16,594 bases of DNA from an uncultured bacterium (lineage in GTDB: Bacteria > Abyssobacteria > SURF-5), in contig CAZSKP010000063.1 of assembly GCA_964607485.1 (NCBI GenBank), positions 1 through 16,594 on the forward strand, read 5' to 3'. Below, in pieces: positions 7,941 through 15,979 of the stretch (the stretch's first letter is position 1; each line of letters starts with the position of its first letter). Below the pieces are notes generated by a model, which saw nothing but the letters and a program-made list of their open reading frames with translations, was not told where the DNA came from and did no database searches. Made by a program: the position numbers and the translations under genes.

Positions 7941-10376
7941 GGCAACCAGACTCACCATGGCCGCCCGCCTGAACGAGTCGGTGTCGTACACGAACTCGAC
8001 GGTGTTGCTTCCTTCGGACACGGGCACGGCTCGCACCGTGCAGTCGCCGCGCAGCACGTTCGCCTCGCTGCCGTTCACGTATGCCCGCCACTCGGGATAG
8101 TAGGCGTCGCACAGGACAACGTATCCGTCGGAGGGCGCATCGACGGAGAGAACCACCGAGTTGGGCGAGTATTTCAGAATTTTTGCGGGATACGGCGTCC
8201 TCTTAGGCGGCGGCATCCGCGGGGCCGACTTTTCATTGAGCACATCCATCGTCTGAAAGCTGAAACCGGGAGGCGTGGCGACCTCGAACCCGCCAGCGCC
8301 GGGCTGCGGATTCAATGAGCCCGGTCCCCCCTTCTCCACCAACACCACCGTCTCATACGGGTCGAATCTATCGGAGGCCAAGGCCGCGAGCGCGACGTCT
8401 TCGGTGGGCGCCACGATCGCACGCGGGACGAAATATGCCCTGTCGAGGCAGCGGGCGTTCTCGTACAGGAACACGTTTCCATCCAGTGAAGTTTTCAGGA
8501 CGAGGTCCGGATGAGTGACAGGGTGGGAGGCGAAAATATATTTGACGTTGACAAGCCCGAGCAGGCGCGGCCTGATGAGCGGCGGCGCTCCCTCGACGAA
8601 CCTGATGAACAGGTTGTGCCAGAGCAGATTGGCGCTCTCGTAGCCGTCGGTGTACGCATATCCGAAAAGCGTTCCGAAATTCGGCGAAAGGATTTCACGG
8701 TTCCACATGTAGTAATCGGCGGGCGTGTGGATGTCCAGCCCTGCGATGTGCTGCTCCACGTCGATTGGAGTTCGATAGAGCCTGAAGAAGCCGGGGTCTG
8801 CGTTCAACACGGAGTCGATGCGCGGGGGCGTGTAGAACGAATCGGGTATCGTATCCATGGCGCGGTAGTTCACCGGCAACAGGTCGACAGCGACATAGAT
8901 TACCGCAATGATCCCGAACAGACGCCGTGAAAGCGCGCCCTTCCGCCACGCCCACAGGCCAAACCCCAGCGCCGTAAACATGATGCTCGCCTGCAGCATC
9001 TCCCGCTTCATGCGAGGGATCAACCGGCGCGTCAGCGCGCTGTCGGCGGACGACATTTTCAACAGAAGCCCGTCGCTCAAGTGGAGCGCAAACCTGTCAC
9101 ACAACGCAAATACCAGCCACGCCGAAGCCACTGCAACCACCAGGACCGAGAACCAACTGACGAACGTGGCGGAGACCCGCCTCAGCCGGTGAATTTCACC
9201 CTCGTCCTGCGAGATCAAATACTGCAGCCCGTATCCGGCAAGAACGGCCATGGCAAACGTGGTCGCAAAAAAACATTTCGTCGGATATCGAAACTTGCCG
9301 AGCATGGGCAGGACGCTGTATGCGATTCCGTAGATGGGCGTGTATTTCCCCAACGACAGCAACAGGCTCACCAGAAAGACTCCCCCGAAAAAGTACATCC
9401 TCCTCTCGCGAAATGTCACGACCGCGATGGGGAGGAGCACAAGCGGCACGGCGCCCACGTACAGGCTGCGCACCAGCGGAAAATGAAGCGTGAAGATTCG
9501 GCCCCAGTCGTGGATATTTTCGATGGGGTTTCCGAACAGGTAGGGAACGAAGAGGGTGAGAAGCTGCAACGGCGTGAGCGAATGCCGGGTGGCGGTCTCA
9601 TAGCTCACCGCCACGGTGCGCGTCGAGTAGCGCGTGAGTTCCTGCGAAGGACCGATCTGAACGTAAGAGAGCACGAAAGCGAGAATGGCTATCGCCGGCA
9701 GAACGCAGACCTTCGCGAGCGTTTCGGCCCGCGGTCGGCGGCGAACCGCCGACCGCGTGAGCATAACCATCCAATACGCCCCGCATATGAGGAAGGTGTA
9801 ATAGCCGCTGACCGGGTCGCCCGCGAGCGTCTGTGCGGCCACGGCGAGCGAGGCCAACGCGACCGACAATATGCCGGGCTTCTCCACCGCACGCTCGAAC
9901 AGACCGAATACGACCGGCAGCCACGCGATGGACGAGAAGATGTTGAGCCCGTCGATGAACGAAATCATGTATCCGCTGAAAGCGTACGTCACGCCCGCCA
10001 ATGCCGCCGGAATGCGCTCAAGCCGCCATCGGCGCATCAGGAAATACGTGCCCAGCGCCGCAAGCAGCACGTGCAGCGCAATGTGCCACTTGTACGCCAG
10101 GTCGAACGGCAGGCAATAGAACAGGAGCGAAAACGGATAGAATACGGCCGCCTGAAGCGCCGCGTGCAGGGGCATCCCGCTGTGAACCAGCGGATTCCAT
10201 ACGGGAGCCTCGCCGCCCCGCACGGAATCGGCGACCATCTTCTTCAGGGGATAGAAAAACCGGTAGGTGTCGCCCGCGTAGAATTGTTCTCCGCCGAGGA
10301 GGGCGTTGTGGAAGAACACGACAACCAGCAAGGCCAGCAGCGCCGACGCGATTATGTCGCGTCGTCCTATCCGCAC
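7851..10376 (-). CDS. YfhO-family polytopic membrane protein (putative GT-C glycosyltransferase), paralog 2
   Basis: GDTYRFFYP, WNPLVHSGMP...FYP, FRYPTK, LLGLVNVKY and DGYVVLCDAYYPEWRAYVNG. Start reassigned to GTG 10376 (AAAGG upstream) because a promoter at 10425-10454 lies inside the longer 10475 ORF. Confidence 0.85.
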   Translation of the reverse strand: MRIGRRDIIASALLALLVVVFFHNALLGGEQFYAGDTYRFFYPLKKMVADSVRGGEAPVWNPLVHSGMPLHAALQAAVFYPFSLLFYCLPFDLAYKWHIALHVLLAALGTYFLMRRWRLERIPAALAGVTYAFSGYMISFIDGLNIFSSIAWLPVVFGLFERAVEKPGILSVALASLAVAAQTLAGDPVSGYYTFLICGAYWMVMLTRSAVRRRPRAETLAKVCVLPAIAILAFVLSYVQIGPSQELTRYSTRTVAVSYETATRHSLTPLQLLTLFVPYLFGNPIENIHDWGRIFTLHFPLVRSLYVGAVPLVLLPIAVVTFRERRMYFFGGVFLVSLLLSLGKYTPIYGIAYSVLPMLGKFRYPTKCFFATTFAMAVLAGYGLQYLISQDEGEIHRLRRVSATFVSWFSVLVVAVASAWLVFALCDRFALHLSDGLLLKMSSADSALTRRLIPRMKREMLQASIMFTALGFGLWAWRKGALSRRLFGIIAVIYVAVDLLPVNYRAMDTIPDSFYTPPRIDSVLNADPGFFRLYRTPIDVEQHIAGLDIHTPADYYMWNREILSPNFGTLFGYAYTDGYESANLLWHNLFIRFVEGAPPLIRPRLLGLVNVKYIFASHPVTHPDLVLKTSLDGNVFLYENARCLDRAYFVPRAIVAPTEDVALAALASDRFDPYETVVLVEKGGPGSLNPQPGAGGFEVATPPGFSFQTMDVLNEKSAPRMPPPKRTPYPAKILKYSPNSVVLSVDAPSDGYVVLCDAYYPEWRAYVNGSEANVLRGDCTVRAVPVSEGSNTVEFVYDTDSFRRAAMVSLVALALCVGVGAIDVVVRRRRARGGNAPRPNA

Positions 10377-10424
10377 GCCGCGCGCCTTTTCTGTTCGGCC
10401 GGGAGTTCGGTCCGCATGCAGATG

Positions 10425-10454
10425 ATTATAGCATGTCCGGTTTTTCTGCATCAA
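10425..10454 (-). promoter_or_regulatory. Putative sigma70 promoter for YfhO paralog 2
   Basis: The minus strand reads TTGATG-18 nt-TATAAT with an extended -10 (TGC TATAAT). Confidence 0.65.
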
Positions 10455-10477
10455 TTCGTTCGCGGGGAGAGGCATAC

Positions 10478-10508
10478 TTTACATAAGTCGCCAAAAATCT
10501 GATATAAT
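10478..10508 (+). promoter_or_regulatory. Putative extended -10 promoter for the acyl-CoA ligase
   Basis: TGA-TATAAT at 10500-10508 and TTTACA at 10478-10483 (19 nt spacing, suboptimal). RBS GGGAGGT precedes GTG 10551. Confidence 0.6.
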
Positions 10509-10550
10509 CGTTTTCGTGTTTGATGAGGGGGAAAAAGCAGGGAGGTCAGA

Positions 10551-12128
10551 GTGAGCGATTCATCCCATGAAATGGCTGGCGGCACTCAGCCGCTTCCGTT
10601 CACACTCGCATACTACGCGCAGGAAACTCCAGCCAAAGAGGCTGCGGCCGACGGAAAAGGAAGATACACGTTCGGGGAATTCTACCTGCTGGTGAACCGG
10701 ATGGCCAATGTGCTGGCCGGCCTCGGAGTCGGCCGGGGAGACCGGGTGGCGGTGCTCATGCACAATTCCCTCGAGGCGTTCTCGATTCCCTATGCGGTCG
10801 GAAAGCTGAAGGCCAGCGCGGTGCCGATCGGGTACAGGCTGAAGAGCGGAGAGGTTGAATATGTAATGAACAACTCTCGCTCGAAGGCGCTGCTGATGGG
10901 CGCCGAGTTCGACGAGGTTGTCCGCCCCATAATCGGTCGCCTGGAAGAAGTGACTGCCGACAGGATTCTCGTCTGCGGCGGCGACCTCCCCTGGGCGACG
11001 CGGCTGGAGGACCGGCTCAAATCGGCGCCCGACACCGACCCCGACTTGAGCCCCGAGGAATCGAGCTCTTCGATCATCTACACGTCGGGAACCACCGGCC
11101 TCCCCAAAGGAGCCTTCAGAGACAACCGGCCGCGAGACCTGCAACTGATCATGAGCATCGTTTCCAACTTCCGCATCACGACGGACGACCGCCACATTAT
11201 CTGTTGCCCGCTCTACCACAGCGCGCCCCCGGTCTTTGCGGGGCTGCACACGATACTGGGCGCGTTTGTGTATGTGCTGGAGAGGTTCGACGCAGAGCTT
11301 TTTCTCAAGACCATCGAGCGGGAAAAAATCACGAGCACGTTCATAGTGCCGACGATGCTCAACAGGGTGGCGAGCCTGCCGGCCGACATCAAGAAGAAAT
11401 ACGACGTCCGCTCGATGCGCAACCTCGTCGTGGGCGGCGCTCCGTTTCACATAGCCACGAAGAGGGCCGCCATAGAGCTGTTCGGCGATGAATGTCTGTT
11501 TGAATTCTATGGCTCCACGGAGACGGGCATCAACACCATCCTGAGGCCGGAGGAGCAGTTAAGAAAGATCGGCTCCTGCGGCAAGGTGTTCGACGGCAAC
11601 GAGATTCTCCTTCTCGACGAGGACAGGAAACCGGTCGCGCAGGGAGAGGTCGGCGAGCTGTTCATGAAAAACACGATGCTCATCGACGGCTACTTCCGGA
11701 ACAAGAAGGCGACGGACGAATCGTTTCACGACGGCTACCTGTCGGTCGGCGATATGGCCTACATGGACGAGGAGGGGTACTACTACGTCGTTGACCGCAA
11801 GAAAGACATGGTCATCAGCGGCGGAGTCAACATATATCCCGCCGAGATCGAAGCCGTTCTCAATCATCACCCGAAGGTATTCGACGCGGCCATCATCGGC
11901 GTGCCCGACGATGAATGGGGCGAAAGCTTGAAGGCCTTCGTGGCGCTCAAGCCGGAGTGCGAGGCGACCGCCGAGGAGATTATCGAATACTGCAGAGAGA
12001 ACCTGGCGCCTTACAAGAAGCCCAAGTCCGTCGAGTTCGTGAGCGAGCTGCCCCGCAATCCCACCGGGAAGGTCATGAAGAAGCTGCTTCGCGAGAAATA
12101 CTGGAAGGGCGACAGAAGCGTGCACTGA
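10551..12128 (+). CDS. AMP-forming acyl-CoA synthetase (long-chain-fatty-acid-CoA ligase-like)
   Basis: Motifs YTSGTTGLPKG (P-loop), PLYH, YGSTE, GDMAY, DRKKDMVISGGVNIYPAEIE and LPRNPTGK. Strong RBS. Confidence 0.93.
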   Translation: MSDSSHEMAGGTQPLPFTLAYYAQETPAKEAAADGKGRYTFGEFYLLVNRMANVLAGLGVGRGDRVAVLMHNSLEAFSIPYAVGKLKASAVPIGYRLKSGEVEYVMNNSRSKALLMGAEFDEVVRPIIGRLEEVTADRILVCGGDLPWATRLEDRLKSAPDTDPDLSPEESSSSIIYTSGTTGLPKGAFRDNRPRDLQLIMSIVSNFRITTDDRHIICCPLYHSAPPVFAGLHTILGAFVYVLERFDAELFLKTIEREKITSTFIVPTMLNRVASLPADIKKKYDVRSMRNLVVGGAPFHIATKRAAIELFGDECLFEFYGSTETGINTILRPEEQLRKIGSCGKVFDGNEILLLDEDRKPVAQGEVGELFMKNTMLIDGYFRNKKATDESFHDGYLSVGDMAYMDEEGYYYVVDRKKDMVISGGVNIYPAEIEAVLNHHPKVFDAAIIGVPDDEWGESLKAFVALKPECEATAEEIIEYCRENLAPYKKPKSVEFVSELPRNPTGKVMKKLLREKYWKGDRSVH

Positions 12129-12144
12129 CCGACGCCGACTCGCC

Positions 12145-13005
12145 TCACGAACCCCACAGCCCTTGCAGCCGCAACACCAAATCGTTCAGTCCTCTGCCGA
12201 AAGAGAGATAGAGCACCAGCAAGCGCTCCCCGCAAAACAGCGAGAGCACTGCGCCCAGCGCGAGGTATGGCCCGAAAGGAATATATTCGCTCCTCGTCTT
12301 CAGCCGCAACAGGATGAGCGTCACCCCGACCACCGCGCCCAGCACGGAGCCCACGACGATCGTCATCATGGCGAGCTTCCAGCCCAGGAAGGCGCCGACC
12401 ATACCGAGCAGCTTGATGTCGCCGCCGCCCATGCCCTCCTTCTTGAAAACGAACAGCGAGAACAGTGCCGCCAGGTAAAGTGTTCCGCCCCCGGCGATGC
12501 ATCCGATGAGAGAACTGAGGAACGAGCCGTTCACGAGCTGACCGCCCGTCAGCCTGGCGGGAAGCAGGCTCAAGGCCAGTCCGATGAAGATGCCGGGAAT
12601 GGATATTTCATCGGGAATGATGTAGTGCTTGAGGTCGATGAACGTGATGACGACGAGAGAGCACACGAACACGATGTAAATCGCCACAGCCACAACGTTC
12701 GTGAAACGGAGAATGAGCAGAACGAACAGCACAGCCGTCAGCAGTTCCACGAGCGGGTATCGCCAGGATATCGAGCCGCCGCAATTCCTGCACTTGCCCC
12801 TGAGGATTATGAAACTGATTATGGGAATGTTGTCGAACCATCTGATGGGCTGGTCGCATTTCGGACAGTGCGAGCTCGGCCAGACGATCGATTTTCTGTC
12901 GGGCAGCCGGACGATGCACACGTTGAGGAAGCTGCCGGCCATCGCTCCCAGGACGAACATGTACACACGCAAGAACAGTTTCAGCGCTGTGGCGTTCTCA
13001 ATCAT
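12145..13005 (-). CDS. pilD: Type IV prepilin peptidase / N-methyltransferase (A24)
   Basis: GSFLNVCIVRLP, Zn-binding CPKC and CRNC, DNIPIIS, YPLVE, catalytic Asp motifs FIDLKH and GMGGGDIKL, and IPFGPYL. Confidence 0.95.
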   Translation of the reverse strand: MIENATALKLFLRVYMFVLGAMAGSFLNVCIVRLPDRKSIVWPSSHCPKCDQPIRWFDNIPIISFIILRGKCRNCGGSISWRYPLVELLTAVLFVLLILRFTNVVAVAIYIVFVCSLVVITFIDLKHYIIPDEISIPGIFIGLALSLLPARLTGGQLVNGSFLSSLIGCIAGGGTLYLAALFSLFVFKKEGMGGGDIKLLGMVGAFLGWKLAMMTIVVGSVLGAVVGVTLILLRLKTRSEYIPFGPYLALGAVLSLFCGERLLVLYLSFGRGLNDLVLRLQGLWGS

Positions 13006-13039
13006 TTTTTCGGCGCATCATCCGATACGGGTTCCGCTG

Positions 13040-13831
13040 TCACGTCCCCTCACGCACACCGGTCGGTTTACGAGTGAACCTGATTCTTATGACTGATGCG
13101 GTGTAACGCAGGAATTCTTTCAGAAACATCGTCTTGCTCTCGCCCGCGGGCCTGTTGTCATAGAAGACGGGTATCTCTATGATGCTCAGCTTGAGGGCCA
13201 CGGCCGTCATCAGGAACCTTATGAAATAATCGCCGTAGCCGTAGAATATATAATCGTAATTGAACTTCTTAAGAGCCTCGCCTCTTATCGCAAAGAATCC
13301 GCTGAGTTTGTCCCTTATCGGAATCCCGAGGAAAAGACGTATGAACAGATTGTACAAGAAGCTCGCATAATAGCGCCACCGACTGTACATCCCCCCTCCG
13401 TAGAGGAATCGCGAACCCACAACGACCTCGTAAAATTGAACCAGATTGAGGAATTGTGGTATGTATCCGGGGTCGTGGTTGAAGTCGGAGTCCATCACCA
13501 TGATGACGGGGCCCGTGCTGAGCTCGATTCCCTTGCGTATGGCAGTGGCAAGCCCGCGTTCATTCTTCCTCACATGCAGCCGGACTCTTTCATTCTGTCC
13601 GAACGCGCGGCTCACAACCTCGGCGGTCCCATCGGGGCTGTTGTCATCGACGACGATGACCTCATAATCGACGGTTCCCTCGAGAGTGCGTATGACGCGC
13701 CCGACTATTTCCGATATGTTGTCCCTCTCGTTATAAGTAGGCAGGACGACGGAGACCTTGTTCGTAAAAGGTTTCGCTGCCTCTGTGAGATTTCGCATCC
13801 AGGTCACGTATTCTTTCCCGGCAACACCCAC
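13040..13831 (-). CDS. GT2 glycosyltransferase, polyprenol-phosphate sugar synthase (DPM1/Ppm1-like)
   Basis: Motifs SVVLPTYNERDNI, VVDDNSPDGT, GLATA, MDSDFNHDP (DxD), VVGSRF, DKLSGFF and RPAGESK. No C-terminal TM pair. Start uncertain (GTG 13831 or ATG 13798). Confidence 0.9.
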   Translation of the reverse strand: MGVAGKEYVTWMRNLTEAAKPFTNKVSVVLPTYNERDNISEIVGRVIRTLEGTVDYEVIVVDDNSPDGTAEVVSRAFGQNERVRLHVRKNERGLATAIRKGIELSTGPVIMVMDSDFNHDPGYIPQFLNLVQFYEVVVGSRFLYGGGMYSRWRYYASFLYNLFIRLFLGIPIRDKLSGFFAIRGEALKKFNYDYIFYGYGDYFIRFLMTAVALKLSIIEIPVFYDNRPAGESKTMFLKEFLRYTASVIRIRFTRKPTGVREGT

Positions 13832-13924
13832 GCCGTCACTTCTTCATCCGCCGGCTAATGTCAGCTTGCCGAATTTCTCCCGCCCAAGGTGTGGAATCAT
13901 CGTCCGCAGACGCGCCGGAAAACC

Positions 13925-13973
13925 TTGACAGGCGTAGGCTACATATTATACCATTTCACCCAACCGTTCAACA
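13925..13973. promoter_or_regulatory. Overlapping, oppositely oriented promoters for GT2-pilD (-) and GNAT (+)
   Basis: Plus strand: TTGACA (13925-13930)-18 nt-TACCAT (13949-13954). Minus strand: TGG-TATAAT (13953-13945), an extended -10. Confidence 0.55.
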
Positions 13974-14127
13974 TACGCTGAAGGAAAGCAGAAAAGAGCG
14001 TCCGTCGCTGTCGATTCCTCTTCATCTTTTCAATGAGAAACACGAATAGTTCTCCTCATTAACCCAATCGTATCAGGGATCCGGCCAATGCGGTCCATGC
14101 AATAATCTTTTGAGGGAAAAATCCGAG

Positions 14128-14826
14128 ATGGAAGAATTCAATGTGAAGATAATCCCCATATCAAAAGAGCACTACGGTCGCATTGCCGAGCTGCACAGCC
14201 AGGGGTATGCCGGAGATTTTCTTCCGAGCTTCGGGCCGCGATTTCTGGTGGCGCTCTACGATGCCATGTTCAGGGCAAAGGCAGCCATTGGCTTTGTAGG
14301 TATGGTGGACGAAGAAATAGCGGGCTTCTGCATATTCACTCCCGACGTGGACAACCTTTTCCCCGCAACTTTGAAAAAGGGATTCTTCAAATTGGGTTGG
14401 TTGGCCGCCTTGAAAACGCTCCAAAATCCCTCAATCCTCAAAAAAATTCTACAAACGTTCCTTTACAAATCGCGAGCGAAGTTGGACGACATCAAGGCGG
14501 AGATGATCCTCTGGGCGGTTGACCCCAAATATCATGGTCATGGTCTGGGCACCGAACTCTTCAACGTTTGCGAAAAGGAAATGGTCAATGTCGGGTTAGA
14601 CTGCTACAAGTTTACCACGATTGTCGACGAGGAAGCAGAACGGACCAAGAAGGCCGCCCACGCATTCTTTGAAAAAAGAGGCTATGAATGGATAAGCGAG
14701 TTCGAATTCTACGGCAGGAAATGGCATCTCTATAGGGCCCGGCTCACAGAGGAACGATGGAGTCGGCGCTCAACCGGCACGCGACAGGACCAAGGAACGG
14801 CTCGCCGTTCGCCGCCACCGACGTGA
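14128..14826 (+). CDS. GNAT family N-acyltransferase
   Basis: Acyl-CoA-binding motif A AVDPKYHGHGLGTELF, N-terminal FLPSFGPRFL..LY, EIAGF and AFFEKRGY. ATG 14128 lies downstream of GAGGG; the alternative start is TTG 14110. Confidence 0.85.
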   Translation: MEEFNVKIIPISKEHYGRIAELHSQGYAGDFLPSFGPRFLVALYDAMFRAKAAIGFVGMVDEEIAGFCIFTPDVDNLFPATLKKGFFKLGWLAALKTLQNPSILKKILQTFLYKSRAKLDDIKAEMILWAVDPKYHGHGLGTELFNVCEKEMVNVGLDCYKFTTIVDEEAERTKKAAHAFFEKRGYEWISEFEFYGRKWHLYRARLTEERWSRRSTGTRQDQGTARRSPPPT

Positions 14827-14872
14827 CTCACCAACTGAGTCTGTCGGCCCTCTCCTTGCAGGGACCTCATGC
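14825..14872. terminator. Two short hairpins between the convergent GNAT and DegT genes
   Basis: GACTCA-ccaac-TGAGTC (14825-14841) and CCCT-ctccttgc-AGGG. No U-tract, so termination is uncertain. Confidence 0.3.
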
Positions 14873-15979
14873 TCAGCGCAGTGCCCTCCGTACCCGTTCG
14901 CATATGTAATCGATGTCTTCCTCGACAAGCGTCGGAGAAGAGGGCAGGCTCAAACCGTTTTGTGATATCCTTTCCGAGACGGGCAGTTTTTTTCGGGTCG
15001 CATACATCGGGAGCTTGTGCATCGGCACGAACACCCTCCGTGTGTCGATGCCGCCCGCCGCAAGCCGTCGCGCGAGTTCGGCGGATGTAATTCCGAACGA
15101 CCGGTCGAGCACGATCGTGTAAAGCCAGTACACGCTCCTGGCCCACGGCTTCTCCGTCGGCAGGACAACGCCCTCGACTTCACTGAGGCGCCGGGAATAC
15201 ATTTTCGCAATCCTGCGCTTGGCCGCCACCAGTCCGGCGATCCGCTTCATCTGCGCGCAGCCGACCGCCGCCTGCATGTTGGTCATGCGATAATTATATC
15301 CGACCTCCGGATGGTAGTAACGCCTTCGGGGATCCATCGAGTGGTCGCGCAAAAAGCGGATACGCGAGTCCAGCCTGGAGTTATTCGTGACGACCATGCC
15401 GCCCTCTCCGGTCGTTATCACCTTGTTACCGTAAAAACTGAAACACCCGACATCGGCCAGCGCACCGACCCTTTTCCCTTTGTACTTTGCCCCGTGCGCC
15501 TCGGCGGCATCCTCTATCACCTTGATGCCTTTGCCTCGCGTTAGTTTCAATATACGGTCCATATCGCACGGATGCCCGTACAGATGGACCGCGATGACGG
15601 CCTTCGTCTTCGGCGTGATGGCCGCCTCGACCCACTCCGGGTCGAGGGTCCACGTATCGGCGGACACATCCGCCGGCACGACCTTCGCGCCCGTATAGGC
15701 CACACTGTTGGCCGTGGCCACGAATGTCAAATCCGGAACGATGACCTCGTCGCCCCTGCCGACCCCGAGAGCTGCGAGCGCCAGGTGCAGCGCCGAGGTT
15801 CCGCCCGAAGTGGCCGCCGCGTATTTGCAATTGCAGAACCTGGCGAACGAACGCTCGAAGCGGTGGATATACTTTCCCAGCGAGGAAATCCACCCTGTCC
15901 GGATGCAATCCTCCAAGTAGTCCAGTTCCTCCCGCCCCAGAACCGGTTCATAGACGGGATATCGTCGCTTTTTTTTCAT
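14873..15979 (-). CDS. DegT/DnrJ/EryC1/StrS PLP aminotransferase, GDP-perosamine synthase-like
   Basis: Motifs TGWISSLGKYI, SGGTSALHLAL, TFVATAN, VHLYGHP, EDAAEAHG, FSFYGNKVITTGEGG (PLP Lys), GYNYRMTNMQAAVG and LSLPS. Confidence 0.93.
   Translation of the reverse strand: MKKKRRYPVYEPVLGREELDYLEDCIRTGWISSLGKYIHRFERSFARFCNCKYAAATSGGTSALHLALAALGVGRGDEVIVPDLTFVATANSVAYTGAKVVPADVSADTWTLDPEWVEAAITPKTKAVIAVHLYGHPCDMDRILKLTRGKGIKVIEDAAEAHGAKYKGKRVGALADVGCFSFYGNKVITTGEGGMVVTNNSRLDSRIRFLRDHSMDPRRRYYHPEVGYNYRMTNMQAAVGCAQMKRIAGLVAAKRRIAKMYSRRLSEVEGVVLPTEKPWARSVYWLYTIVLDRSFGITSAELARRLAAGGIDTRRVFVPMHKLPMYATRKKLPVSERISQNGLSLPSSPTLVEEDIDYICERVRRALR

Noticed and set aside
9081..10502. Long antisense or alternate-frame ORFs (also 424-1245, 2028-2777, 3192-4163, 5673-6656, 6822-7757, 10560-11450, 12163-13077)
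   Set aside because: These are shadow ORFs expected from GC-rich codon bias. They lie over well-supported genes and show no recognisable motifs.
13858..14049. 63-aa ORF as an antitoxin of a GNAT toxin-antitoxin pair
   Set aside because: It has no RBS, spans the promoter boxes and shows no ribbon-helix-helix pattern. The GNAT does not resemble TacT/AtaT toxins.
13976..14116. Glycine-riboswitch-like fragment (CGCTGAAGGA)
   Set aside because: The upstream GGAGA and downstream CTCTCAGG core elements are missing, and the gene context does not fit.
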